Part shown: piece after piece, positions 28,549-41,975 of the stretch
How the letters are laid out: every line of letters begins with the position of its first letter
Position numbering within the stretch: position 1 is the first letter of the stretch
Assembly (NCBI RefSeq): GCF_009914755.1
Contig: NC_060939.1
Reading direction: 5' to 3' (one strand)
Length of the DNA stretch: 64,000 bases
From: the human T2T-CHM13v2.0 reference genome, Homo sapiens
Position numbers and translations under genes: made by a program
Notes under the pieces: model-generated
Databases searched by the model: none
What the model saw: only the letters and a program-made list of their open reading frames with translations
Told to the model about the DNA's origin: nothing

Positions 28549-30939
28549 AAAATTGGGATCCTTAATATCTGGAAAACTGAGTTCCTTCCAGCTTACACAT
28601 TAGGCCGGGGAAGCAGCGAGTCTTACAGAAATGGCAAAATGTTAATAAAGATAACTCACAGTGCAATGTTCTGAATGAACAATGCACTGAAGTGCATTTG
28701 AAAATGAGGGTTCCCAAATTAGTCTCATCTAGGGATGCCTATTAATATGCAGAAGCTTCTAAAAAGATTTAGAAATGACAGGACCCATCTGGGGAGAAGT
28801 TTGACACTTGCCAGTTTGATACTGCGTGCTAAGCAGAATGGCTAATGTCTATGTTTTGTCACAAGTATTTTGCTCTGGCCAGAAAGAAAAATGCTAATTT
28901 GGTTACTCTATGCAACCCCTTGGTCAGCAACTTGCAAAATTGAGGATTTTGCTTGCCTGTGGTTTCATAATTTTTCTTTGTGATGCAGGATGGACCCCAG
29001 AGCTATGGTATGGCAAACAGGGTTGCTGGGCTCTCTTAGGGAAAGAGAACCCAGAAACCTGACATACTGGCAAAAACGATAAGAATTTCTTACAAGTCAG
29101 ACTTCTGGTCTCTCTCTCTCTGTGCAAACTGGTTGAATGAATGGTAAAAATCACTGTTTATCCCCTGTAAACTTTTGATTAATGGAAAAAATGATTTCTG
29201 AGGCTAGTCTTAAGCTGTAGCCAATCTGGTGTGGTTTGTGTGTCTTTCTGCATGGTTCTATCATAAGGAAGAATACCGTAGGATAAAACATGGGCTTAGA
29301 ACCTCATAAACCCGCTGTTCAAGCCAGTCTGGCAAACTGGTCAGTAACAAACTTTGCTGCAGTTCCCTGAAACAAGCAAAAAACTGGATGAGATCTCCAT
29401 TTTGTTTTATGTCCTTGGGAACTTGATCTTGTAACCACATGGCAGTATTTTCTTTTGGTCTCTGACATTTTACAATGGCAGTCTGGCTTAGGAAATGAGT
29501 ACTTTCTGGTTAATGTCTGTGTGGCCTTTACCATTTGCTGATTCTTTTCCCCCACCATGAGCATCTTCTAGCTTCCCTTCTTATATCTTCCTTTCTCTTA
29601 GTTACCTTTGAAGATTCTAGATTTTATAAAAACTGTTTGCCACCTCTTTGAAAGTACCTCATAGACTTGTGGTTAAGTCATAACCTTAGTTCAGGCTTCT
29701 TGTTTTCACCTGTGAGGTTACTTTTGGCAAAGTTTAAAAGCGAGAAATATTGGCCACTTTGTGTGCCTAAAGTTGAGTAATAAGATATTTAAAAAAACTT
29801 TTATAAACAGTGCTATATTTAAAAGTCAGCTTAATTAAAGCAAATACTCAAGTTCTAACAGCCTGGGACACCTTGGGAAAAGCAGAGGAAGCACCACAGA
29901 CCCTGTTTTGGGAAAAACCTCTGTTTTCCTCATAAAGCCTCAGAAATTAAAAGCAAATAGATCCCTCTCAAAATCTAAGGTTTTCTTCGGTTTTGCATGG
30001 TGTTAGCTGATGATTTTGAGTTATCAAGGGTATCAGGAAATGACTTTGAAGACTCCCATGGGAGATGGGCTGACTCCCTCTTTTTGAAATCCAGGTTCTG
30101 GTATAAAGATGGGACCCTTAATTTCTGGAGATCTGTTTTGCCTTCCAGCTGTGCCTGCTTATTATATTAGGCTGTAGAAACTGCATACTTTCCTGGCCCT
30201 ATTCCTCCAAGGACTCCATCCTAAAGCAAGTAATCCAATTAAAAAAAAACTTAGAAACTGGTAAATGAAAAATCTTACAACTATTGGATCTTCTTCTGTC
30301 TGAGTAGTTATATATATATGTGCGCGTGTGTAATCTTTACATAAAAGAGCTCTAATTTGCTTAAAGAAAAATAAGTGCTTAAATCAAATATTTTGAAAAA
30401 ATTAAAAACTGTAATGCCTTTTAGTTTCTGTAGCTTTGGTAATCTTTGGGAAATAAAAAGTTTTAAAGATTATGGGTAAAATAAAAATGTCTTCAAAATG
30501 TAAACATGTGGTCTAAATTATGCAGGTCAGATATTAGGTTTGTTAAATGCTTTAAGGTCATAAACTGCTTCTTCAGCTTTTGAAAATTGTTCAGTTAACC
30601 TATTTTGGAGCATAAGATTCTACATAAGGCCTGGGGACATGTGGAATTAGCCATATCCCTTAGCTATGCAAAGAAGTTATAAAGAAATGAGATTATATAT
30701 AAGAAAGAATCTTGTATGGTAAAATCTTGTCCTAAAGTAAAATAACTGGTTATTTAATAAGACTGATGTTTAGGACAATTCAGAAAGTCCAGGCATGTTG
30801 TAGATGGTCTTTGTAAGTTGTGAAAGGATTCATGAAAGGATATTTATGCACTAAAAGTAAAAGTTTCTAACAGTTACCATTATATCATGTAATTGAGACT
30901 ACTAAAAAAAAAGTTTTACATGCAAGGTGCGTAAAGAAA

Positions 30940-31323
30940 TACATTAGTCTGTTTTCATGCTGCTGATAAAGATACACTCGAGACTGGGCAATTTACCAAA
31001 AAAAAAAAAAAACAAAAAAAAAACAAAAAAAAAAACAAACAGTTTAATGGACTTACAGTTCCACATGGCTGAGAAGGCCTCACAATCATGACAAAAGGCA
31101 AGGAGGAGCAAGTCACATCTCACATGGATGGCGGCAGGCAAAGAGAGAGTTTGTGCAGGGAAACTTCCACTTATAAAACCATCAGATTTCATGAGACTTA
31201 CTATTATGAGAAGAGCATGGGAAGGACCTGCCCCCATGATTCAACTATCTCCCACCAGGTCCCTCCCACAACACATGGGAATTCAAGATAAGATTTGGGT
31301 GAGGACACAGCCAAACTGTATCA
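30940..31323 (-). mobile_element. THE1-family solo LTR nested in the MER57 internal region
   Basis: attagtctgttttcatgctgctgataaaga ... ggacacagccaaactgtatca is the reverse complement of a THE1 LTR; near-TSD agaaa/ggaaa. Confidence 0.88.
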
Positions 31324-33778
31324 GGAAAGTAAAAGGTGCTTTTAGTAAAAGATTAAAAGAAGTCATCAAAATGTGGATTTTCTTTCCTAAATTTAGACGG
31401 TTAAAGGATTGTTTTAAATTAGGTAAGATAAAGCTAAAGGTTTCAACAAGTTGTGGAAGGTTTGTGAAAAATTAATCTTGTAAAAAATTCTCTGTGTGAA
31501 CCTATTGGCCAGTTACCATCATTTTGTGTGTCAAAACTTGGTGCTAAGGCCCTAAGTTTTGGTCACATTGTAACCTAAGTGAGAACCTAACCAGAAAGGG
31601 GGAATTTTTTTTAAACAAAATTATGGGAGGCCCTTGTTTTGGACTTAGCTCATGCATTAGGCCCCAACAGACAAAACCAAACAAAAATGAAGTCACTTGT
31701 GGTAAATGTGACATTATCAAACTGAGACTTTAAGGAAACACATAGCTCCTAGACCAGAACAGACCAGGTTTGTTCTCCTAAAAACAAGATGTTCCAACAT
31801 AAGGGGATACCCTCTACTCAAGTCCTTGTTCCTACCTTTGCAAAACTCACAGTTCTGTTTCCAGGGGGTTTCAAGACCAAATTAGTAATTTACGATGGTG
31901 ATAGTGATAGTAATGACTAAAGTTTTGGTCAATCTCTCAAAATTGAGAAAATGACCAAAAGAGGGGAATTGTTAAATCAAGTTTAGTCTAAAGCTACCTT
32001 CTTACATATTTAAGTTCAGCCTACAGGTTTTTCTATACATCGTGAACTATAACAAGTGGAGATGTAAACTGACCTCAGCCAACACCTGTGCCAATCACTG
32101 AGTTTTAGCCAATAAAATGTAGCCAACTGTCCAAATCGTGTTCAAATAAGGCAAACACTAAGCTCTAATCAATCCCGTTGCTTCTGTACTTCACTTATGT
32201 TTTCTGTACGTCACTTTCCTTTTGCTGTCTATAATTGTTGTTCCACCACATGGCTGCACTGGAGTCTCCCTGATTCTGCCATGATTCTAGGGGCTGCTCG
32301 ATTCACGAATTGTTTATTGTTCAATTAAACTCCTTTAAATTTAATTCAGCTGAAGTTTTTTCTTTTAACACAACCAATATAACCATTCTATTTTTCACTT
32401 CTGGTACAGTATTCAACAAATTATATTAGATATTCAACACTTTATTACAAAATAGGCTTTGTGTTCAATGATTCTGCCCAACTGTTGGCTAAAGTGTGTT
32501 CTGAGCATATTTAAGGTAGCCTTGGCTAAGGTGATGTTCAGTAGGTTAGGCGTATAACGTGTATTTTGACTTACAATATTCTCAACTTATGTTTATCAGA
32601 ACATAACCCTATTGTAAGTCAAGAAGCATCTGTATACATATTGTTAAACTTTAGGTTGGAAAATGCTTCCTTTAGACCAGATTTCACTACATAAAACTTT
32701 TGTATAATGAAAGACACCATGAAAGAAAAGTCATGGCAAGTTAGAGCCTAAGATTCCAATACATACAATGATAAAAGGATTTTTTTTTTAATACATAGAA
32801 AGCTTCTTCAAATCAGTAAGAAAAATGACTAAGAACCTCATTTTCAAAAGGACCAAGAACACCAGGAAGCTCATAAGAAATCCAACTGGTCAATAAATGA
32901 AAAGATGTCCAACACCACTTATATCAGAAAAATACAAATTTAAAAAACAGTGTGTGATTTTTAACCCATTACATAGGCATAAATTAAATAAATGCTGGTG
33001 AAGTATGAGTAATGGGCATTCTTTCTTTGGTTTAATATTCTGAGAGGCCAACTGTGTAGTATCTACCAAGTAATGGGCCAGGACACAACAATTCCACTTC
33101 AGTCCTATCAAGGTACTCACAGGTATGCATAAACCAAATATACAAGAATTTAATGACAGCATTATTTGCAAACAGTGAAAGATTCTGAGCAATCAAAAGG
33201 TTCATTACTACAGGCATAGGTCTATAAATTACTACTGTATGGAATACTATGCAGCCATTAAAATAATGAGGAAGAGGGAGAGTGCCCTGTATGCACTGAC
33301 ATGGAAAGGTTTCAGTATATGGTAAAAAGCAGCTCATCTTAGAACAGATTTTATAGTATGACCCCACTTGTGTGGAAATATTTTGTGATGTGCCACTCAG
33401 TGTATACGTATTCATGAGTGCATATACAAGTGTGTGAGAAGCAATGTAAGTAACTGTTCACAAGGACCCCCCCTTTAAGAAGGCAGAGGGATCGGGGGAT
33501 ATAGAGTGAAGGATGATTTTTGCTTTTTCCTCTATATATATACCATTCTCTGAATTAGGTATGATCATTCCAGGGTATGTTCCTTGGATTTTTTACACTG
33601 CTTCCTTCTATCCTTCCTGAGAATCAGATGTGTCCTCTTTAATCAGAATTGAATAAAACAGTCTGGGAAAGGTTAAGGTGAATTATGGCTGGGCTGAAAG
33701 AAATGGGGGCCACATTAAAAATGGAAAGAAAAAACTAAACTGGAAGTCAGAAGACCAACTTTCTAGTCCTGGTTCTGT

Positions 33779-34462
33779 TGTTACAGTAGGTAGCTAGTCA
33801 GACATGAGCAGGGCAGGAGAGGGTCCCCTGCCACCACCAGGATGTCGGGCAACCATCAGGTGATAGGTGGTTGTGACAGTGCCGCTCTAATAATAATTGG
33901 TCACACCTGGTGCCAGAGAAAGGCAGTCTCCCAATAGATATAAACACCTGAAACTGGTGATCAGCAGCTTCCTAGTAAGATCTCAGGAGTTGGGTGAGTG
34001 GGCTCAAGCATGGGCATGAAGAGGCAAAACAGCAGAGTTTTTAGCTGGTATATGACCTTCCTCTAGAAACACTTGACTGGTTAGGGAAAAATGCCTCAAG
34101 TGAGCACGTGTACAACTCCAATAAACACACTGTACATGCAGCCCCTCCCAAGTGCTGGCAGGCCACTGCACATGCTGATAGCCCACTCCAAGGGAGGAAT
34201 CCGGGGAGAAGGACGCAAGACCCCGGAAGCATACCAACATATAAAACCCCAAGTCAAAGGTCAAACACTGCACTTGATCTCTCAAGTAACCCACTTGGCC
34301 CTGTTCTAAGTGTATTTTACTTCCTTTTGTTCCAGCTCTAAAGTTTTTTAATCAACTTTCACTCCTGCTCTAAAACTTGCCTTCGTCTCTCACTCTGCTG
34401 CCTTATGTCCCTTGGTCAAATTCTTTCTTCTGAGGAGGAAAGAATTGAGGCCGCTGCTAACA
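33779..34462 (+). mobile_element. MER50-like solo LTR inserted in a MIR
   Basis: tgttacagtaggtagctagtcagacatgagcagggcaggagaggg start; ends gctaaca; near-TSD ctgt/ctat. Confidence 0.8.
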
Positions 34463-34859
34463 CTATCACTAATTAGCAAATGTGATAACCTTTCTGGACA
34501 TCTATTTCTCTGTAATAAGGAGAGAGCTAAACCTGATATTCTCCAAGGTTCCTTCCAGTTCAAAGAACACATGAATACTATACATGACTATGCTGGTGTC
34601 TTAGCCTTGAGATTCTAGTTTCCCAACTGAAATGTCTGAAAATACTTGATTTAAAATATTTTATTAAAATTATCATCAGCATGTAGCCACTAAAAATGGT
34701 TACTAGGAAGACTACAGAAAAAACATGGAAAACATTGATAGGATAAAAAGGAACTCGATAAAAATGCTGGGTTCAGCATGGACACAACCATGCAAATACA
34801 CGTGCATGGAATCAAAGACTTAAACAAATACACAAAAAGGAAAACAGTTACTTCACCTG

Positions 34860-36664
34860 TCTGATGTCTTTTTCTGACACCAACCAATTCTCCAATAGCA
34901 ACACCAATTCTCTGATGTCAACTGGGTGTCCTACAATTCAATTCAATTCAATTCAATTCTGACACCAGAGTTAGCATCAGACTCCAGGTTTACAGGCTCA
35001 GCCCCACAATGATAGTGACAGGAGGCAGCCAAATACCTAGGCAGATAAGGGTGGATCCCTGGTGAAACCCCACCTCAAAGCTAAAGACAGTTTAAAGCCT
35101 GAAAGCCAAGCTGTAAGTTAAATCCTTGGACCAGACTGAGAACTTATCTTCCCATTTGATGCGTTTTCCTCTGATTGATCCCCACCCTTCCCCTATTTTA
35201 TATACACCTACCCTTTTCTAATTGGTTTTCTACACTGTCATGCCCACCTTTGAGTGGTGTCTTTACTTTAACCTTTTTTGCATATTCACAAACCAATCAG
35301 CATGCACTACCCATTCTGAGTCCATAAAATGCCCCAGACCCAACCACAGGCAGAGAAACCACCTGACTGTGGGGGTGTGGGATCATCCCCACTCCCCACA
35401 GTCCCTTCTCTGCTGAAAGTTGTTCCATTGTTCAATAAAATCCTCCACTCTCATCACCCTTCAATCGTCAGTGTGACCTCATTCTTCTTGAACGCTGGAC
35501 AAGAGCTTGGGACCCACTGAGTGCAGGTACTCTGAAAGGCTGTAGAACTAGGCCTTTGCCCTCACTGGTGGACGCCAGCCAACTGCTGACTGGGCTGCTA
35601 ACACACCACCATCCACCCGGCTGCAGACAGCAGAACTAAAAAAACTAATTAGCACACTAACATTCCCTCTGGGGCTTTGGGGTCGCAGGCACCCCTGCCT
35701 GGGCATTGCCACATTCCCCTTGAGGTAACATGCCTGGTCTGGCAATGGGCACTGCACAGAAGTTGCTCCTATGTTGGCACTTGGAGCTGCCAGCCAAACC
35801 CTGCACTCGTTCACTCATGTGCTCACTCCCACAAGGGGCTGAGTGCAGCATGCCGAGTAGACGGGGTGCCCCTGCTGCAAGTTCGGGAAAGGGGCCAAGA
35901 AGAATCCTGCTTCAACAAGACTGCCCTCATTTTGGAGGCCAATAGCAAGTACTGGGTCCTCAGAATATCCATACATCTGACTAACTTGGCTACAAACTTC
36001 GGTGTTCCCACAATACTCCCCATCTCAAGTTTGATAATTTCCTGGAAAAGACTCACAGACCTAAAAAAAAAATGCTGTCTGTATTGTTATAATGTATTAT
36101 AAAGAATACAAATGAGCTGCCAAATGGAGAGGTATAGGTGAAGTCCAGAAGGGTCTCCAGTAAAGGGAGTCTCTGCCCCTGTGGAGCTGAGGCATGCTAC
36201 TTTTCCAACGTGAGGATGTGTTCGTTAACTCAGAAACTCTCCAGATGCTATGGTTTAGCGTTCTTTCCTTTCTTTGTTTTCTTTTTTCCTTTTCTTTTCT
36301 TTCTTTCGGAGTTTTTAATGTAGATTTCACTACGTAGGCATGATTGAGTAAGTAAATCACTGGACACTGGTGAATGAACTCAATCTCCAGTGCCTCTCCT
36401 CTCCCTGAGAGTTGAGGAGGTGCTAAAAAATCCAACCCTCTAACGAAGATGTGAACCTTCCGGTGTCCAACCCCCATCCTGAAACTTTCTAGGGGCCTTA
36501 CCAGGAGTCATCTCATTTGCATAAACTCAAGTACAGTTGAAATGGGCTCATTGAATAATAAAAAATCCACATATTACTCCTATTTCTCAGGAAATTCAAA
36601 GGGTTTTAGGAGATCTGTGCCTGGAAATAGAGACAAAGACCAAAAATATATTTCCTACTGTACA
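34860..36664 (-). mobile_element. MER21-like element split by a younger LTR
   Basis: ctgggtgtcctacaattcaattc..ctgacacc and the gacaaagaccaaaaatatatttc end match reverse MER21. Confidence 0.65.
35010..35914 (+). mobile_element. ERV1 solo LTR (LTR28/LTR27-like)
   Basis: TG...CA ends, exact TSD acaa, CCAAT and AATAAA motifs; family assignment tentative. Confidence 0.75.
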
Positions 36665-37327
36665 ACTAAATATACATTTCTGGTTACACTCCACCATCTC
36701 ACCAAGATGTTCTTTAAGAGTATTTCTACAATCCTGTAAATTAAAAGGTTAGATTTTTTTCATCTAAATATTCTTATATTTATTAAGTCCTCAACTATGA
36801 CTATGGCATCATTTCGTTTTTACATGGGTTTGGATCAAGTAAAGGTGCCCTTCCGCAAAAAAACTTTCAGGATGTAAAAACTGGTTCCTGTAAGAAAAGA
36901 AAGGCATGATCTTAACAATGTTGCATCCATCTATACTATTTCATACTGAGAAGCAAGAGCAATCTGTTTATCAAACCCAATTACCCTTTCCCTCCTCTTC
37001 TACATGAAATGGTCGCAATAGATTAGGTAGAGAGAAAGAAAACTAAACACTTTGCAAACATCAAAAAGGAGTTGAAGAAATGAGGGATCCCACCATGAGG
37101 CAGACATAAAGCCAATCACAGCTTCCGGAAAATGCAGGCTGAAATTCTTTCCAACAGTTTTTGGTGAAAGCTTTTATGTCTCAGTTATTTAAAAGTCTAT
37201 ATTGCCTAATTATTCATAGATCAGTTCTAGCTACTTGTATCTTACATGGAAATACAAAGAGCTGAGAGTAACCAAGGAACAAGGACACATTCTAGCAGGG
37301 TATCATAACTGATTACAGAGTAATAGT

Positions 37328-37828
37328 TGTAAACCAAAAATAAAATTTGAAGCCCTCCAACCCCTGCAACCATCTGAATGGACTCTCTCCTCAGCCACAG
37401 CACTCAAAAATTTAACCTGAACAACTAGTTCAGGCCATGATGGGAAGTGGGGATTGGACAATGCCTCATTATACCCCTGCAGCATTAATATCAATATAGA
37501 CCTTAAGTCTGATAAACATCTATAATCTATTCTCTCTGAAGCCTGCTATCTGGAGGCTTCAACTGCATGATAAAACCTTGGTCTCCACAACCCCTTATCT
37601 TAACCCAGACACTCCTCTCTACTGATAATAGTAACTCTTTCAACCAATTGCCAATCAAAATATGTTTAAACCTACCTATGACCTGGAAGTCCCCCCACCC
37701 CTTCGAGTTGTCCTACCCTTCCAGATTGAACCAATGAAAACCTTACATCTATCGATTAATGTATTACATCTCCCTCAAATGTATAAAAGCAAGCTGTACC
37801 CTGATCACCGTGGGTACATGTTGTCAGG
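37328..37828 (+). mobile_element. MER4-group LTR, 3'-truncated
   Basis: tgtaaaccaaaaataaaatt..aagcc..ccaacc...tgaatggac start. Confidence 0.7.
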
Positions 37829-38658
37829 TTTTGTGTTCACACAGTCATTAAGACAGTGTGAAACTGGTACAAGGCTAGACAAAGCTACAGAACAGTGGAA
37901 CAGAATACAGCCCAGAAGGTGAAGGTAGGCTTTTCAATAAACAATTCTGGGTAATTTGGACAGAAAAACAAATTTGACTGTACTTCAACTCATAGACAAA
38001 AAAAAACAAACAAAAAAATCAACGCCCAGAATATTGCAGGTCTAAATGACAAATGAAGAGCACTAATAATTTTTAAAGATAATTAAAATATATGTATTTT
38101 CATGATTGGGTTAGAAAAACAAGAAGGCTCAAAATGCCCTAACCAATAAAACCAGATTCATTAGAGTAAAACTGAGAATTTATCCTAATCAAAAACCACT
38201 ATTAAGAGAGAGAAAAAACACTTGCAACACACTTAACCAAAGAGCTCAAATCCAGCATATAAAAATAACTTCTCTACAAATTAATATGAGAAAGAGAGAC
38301 AATTCATTAAAATTAAGTGACTCAGACAGGCACCCACGAGGATATGCAATGGCCATGAAAAAGTGCTCAGCCTGGCTGGTGATCAAGGAAACACCAATTA
38401 AAACCAGAATGAGCTCAAATTAGAAAAACCAAACACACCAAATGACAAGAATGCGGAGTAACCAGCACTGTCATATGCTGCTGGTGGATGTATAAACTGA
38501 TAAAAATCCCTTTGAAACACTGTTTAGCATCATCTGCTGACATAGAATCCAGATATGCCCTATTACCAGCAATTCTATTTCCAGGTATACACCCAAAAGA
38601 AATGTCTCCCTGTATTTACCAAAAGGCATGTCCAAGGGTGTTCAGAGTAATGTTTGCC

Positions 38659-39058
38659 ATTAAAAGAAAAACCTTAGCCAAATTAAGTTTAACAAAGTTT
38701 AATTGAGCAAAGGACAATTCGAGAATCAGGCAGTCTCCTGGGCCAAAGCAGGCTGAGAGACCCCAGTGCAGCCATGTGGCACAGAAGATTTATAGTCAGA
38801 AAAAGGAAAATGACATACAGAAAACCAAAGTGAGGTACAGAAACAGCCAGATTGGTTAGAGCTCAGTGTTTCCCTTATTTTAAACACAGTTTGAACAGTA
38901 GGCCCCCTTTGATTGGCCAAAACTCAGTGACTGCTACAAGAGTAGGCTACAGTCTGTTTACACCTCCATTTGGGTTACAGTTCACTATGTACATAGAAAC
39001 CTTAAGGTTGAACTTAAAATACATAAAGAGGCAGCCTTAGGCTTAACTTGATTTAGCA
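38659..39058 (-). mobile_element. MER57-family solo LTR
   Basis: Reverse complement resembles the LTRs at 25568 and 31970 (gcagccttaggcttaacttgatttagca end). Confidence 0.75.
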
Positions 39059-39282
39059 CTGTAACAGCCACAAACTTTGAACAACATCAGTGTCCACCAG
39101 CATTAGAACTGGATAAATATATTGCAATATATTCATACAATGGAATACTATAGGGGAATGAAAATAAATGAACTACAGGTACATGTAGCAACATATATGA
39201 TTCTCACAAGCATAACGTTAACAGAAAGAAGCCAGACACAAAATGAGTTAATTTATATTAAGTTCAAAAGCAGATGAAACTA

Positions 39283-39570
39283 GGCCGGGCACAGTGGCTC
39301 ACACCTGTAATCCCAGCGCTTTGGGAGGCTGAGGCAGGCGATCACTGGAGGTCAGGAATTCAAGACCAGCCTGGCCAATATGGCAAAACCCCATCTCTAC
39401 TAGAAATACAAATAAATTAGCCAGGCACGGTGGCACACACTTGTAATCTCAGCTACTCGGGAGGCTGAGGCAGAAGAATGGGTTGAACACAGAAGCAGTG
39501 GTTGCAGTGAGCTGAGATGGCACCACTGTACTCCAGCCTGGGTGACAGAGCGAGACTCCATCTTAAGAAA
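39283..39570 (+). mobile_element. AluS element within an old L1
   Basis: Dimeric Alu; TSD aagcagat(g/a)aaacta. Confidence 0.93.
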
Positions 39571-40374
39571 AGCAGATAAAACTAACCTATAGTATTAGAA
39601 GTTAGGATAGTGGTTTTCTTTGACGGAAAGGGAAATTGTAGCAATTGGAAGGGGGCAAGAAGGAACCTTCTGTTGTGCTAAAGATGTACTATTTATTGAT
39701 CTACATAGTGGTTACCTGGGTGTGTTCACTTTGCTATAACTCAGAGCTACATACTCTTGTGTACTTTTCTCTATTTTTGTTATTCTTCTATAAAAACTGG
39801 TTTAAAAAAAGAAAGTCAGTGGTGCTGCAGTTGAACTTCATATATATTGTCTTATCTCTACAATAATTGTTTAAAATTATCATTACCCTCCTTTTTAGAG
39901 ACAAGGATGAAAATCCAAACAAGTAAATTATCTTGCCACATGTCACAGCTGGCACATGACAGAGCCAAGCTTCGAACTCAAGTTTAGTTGATGCTCAAAC
40001 CCATGAACCCCTGCAGTAAAAGTAATGTCAAACTTAATTATTTCTTCAGGACTTTCCCGGTCCTACTTTCCTTTCCCTCTGAAATCATTTTCTACCTTTC
40101 TCATCTCATGTTCTCACCCCTTCATCAAGTGCTTCCCTTTATCTTGGGGGGAAAAGTGCTTCCGAGTTTACCTATTGCAACTTTGGGTTTAGTTATTTCT
40201 CAGAAATAATTTGTTCTACAAAAGAAGAAAAAATTGTTATTTACAATTTCCCATCTGGTTTCTATGGAGAGGGGATCTGAAAGAGTGTGCTCTATTTGCT
40301 GAGCTAGTTGATGGCTATAAGCACATGATAGCAGACTGAGCGGAAGGAACTAAACTGCAAGTGAAAAGTATGAT

Positions 40375-40587
40375 GGGGCTGGTGGTGGAAAGGCGTGGCG
40401 GGGCTGGTAGTGGAAAGGCGTGGCGGGCTGGTGGTGGAAAGGTGTGGTGGGGCTGGTGGTGGAAAGGCGTGGCGGGGCTGGTAGTGGAAAGGCGTGGCGG
40501 GCTGGTGGTGGAAAGGTGTGGTGGGGCTGGTGGTGGAAAGGTGTGATGGGGGTGCTGGTGGAAAGGTGCGGCGGGGCTGCTGGTGGA
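40375..40587. repeat. G-rich 24/25-bp minisatellite, about 8.5 units
   Basis: Unit ggggctggtggtggaaaggcgtggc and variants in tandem. Confidence 0.95.
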
Positions 40588-41221
40588 GGAGGCTGAAGCC
40601 AGGATGGTGGAGAGGTCGCTTGGTGGATGATCTGGAGAAAGAACACTTGGTGGCTGGCAATAGACGGAGATTTGCAGAACAGAAGAAAAATGAAGCCACC
40701 TGGATAGAAATTATGAGAAAGACGACGACTGAAAAATGTTTGTAAAAATGTGGTGTGGAATATGGAGTATCGACCTCATTCTAATCTTCCCAAAGGAGGA
40801 CTCAAAGTAGACTGAATGCACTGGTTTTATTTTCTCTAAAACCCAGTAAAACCACTGAAATAACAACTGTTAAAATAAAAATGTTTGCTCATGTACCTCC
40901 CAAAACCATTTACATGTACACCATGCATTTTACTACACAAACTGTGGCTCAATGAACGGTAGTTGAATGAACCTCACCTGAACTTTCCAAGAATCCACAG
41001 CCTAGAAGCATTTTTATTTGCTTGAAATTGCTTATGCTTCATAGCGTAAAAAATACCATTCACTCCCTTCTTTGATTCCTATTTGAGGAATCAAAAGAAC
41101 AGCGTGAAACAACCAAGTGAGTTTTTGCAGATGAGTCCAGTGAGCCAGGATGGCCTCATATGCTCTACTTTATTGTTCAGGTCCACTCACTTCAGATCCC
41201 GTAATTTGTAATAACCTGCAT

Positions 41222-41975
41222 AATTTTTTATTGACAAATCATAGTTGTATACCTTTACGGGGTAGATGATGCGGTGTTTTGATACAGGCATACCATGTGG
41301 TATGATTAAATTAAGCTAATTAACACATGCATCACCTTTCTTGCGTATCATTTGTTATGGTGAGACATTTGAAATTTATTCTTATTTTGAAATACAGAAT
41401 ACATTATTTTTTACTATAATCACACTGCTGTGCAACAGATCACAAAATCTATTTCTCCTGTTTATCTAAAATGTTGTGCCCTTTGATCAACAACTCTCCA
41501 TTCCCTCCGTCTCACATCCCCAGCCTCTGATAACCATCATTTTATTCTCTACTTCCATGAGTTCAACTTTATTAGATTCCACATATAAGTAAGAGCATGC
41601 AACATTTGTCTTTCTTGTGCCTGGCTTATTTCACATAGCATAAGGTCCTCCTGATACATCCACATTGGCACAACTGAGAGAATTCCCCCCACCCTTTTAA
41701 GGCTGATTGGTATTCCATTGTATATATATAACATAGTTTATTTATCCATTCACCCACTGATGAATACTTACACTGATTTAATGTCTTGGCTATTGTGAAT
41801 AGTTCTACAATGAACATGGGAGTGCAGTTCTATCTTTTACATATTGGTTTCAGTTCCTTTGGATATATGCCCAGAAGTGTGATTACTCGGTCATTTTGTA
41901 GTTCTATTTTTAGTTTTTTCAGGAACTTCCATATAATTTTCCATAATGGCCGTACTAATTTACGTTCCCACAAAA
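41222..41975 (-). mobile_element. L1MA-like 3' fragment
   Basis: tagattccacatataagt...ggcttatttcacatagcat...cttggctattgtgaatagt. Confidence 0.8.

Larger units (their letters stand above)
25568..32370 (+). mobile_element. MER57-type ERV1 provirus, internally deleted (LTRs 25568-25959 and 31970-32370)
   Basis: Two direct TG...CA LTRs of about 400 bp; exact TSD caac; PBS tggtgtcagaagtgggat (25962-25979) complementary to the tRNA-Leu 3' end; PPT aaaagaggggaa before the 3' LTR. Confidence 0.9.
25371..32633. mobile_element. Tigger5/MER47B-like DNA transposon split by a provirus (25371-25567 and 32371-32633)
   Basis: ta-cagacagtccctgact...atggtttgactta left end and gtaagtcaagaagcatctg-ta right end, with TA flanks. 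Confidence 0.6.

Noticed and set aside
40304-40745. Pro/His-rich ORFs or a CRISPR-like array
   Set aside because: Translations of a tandem minisatellite with no unique spacers, in a eukaryotic context.
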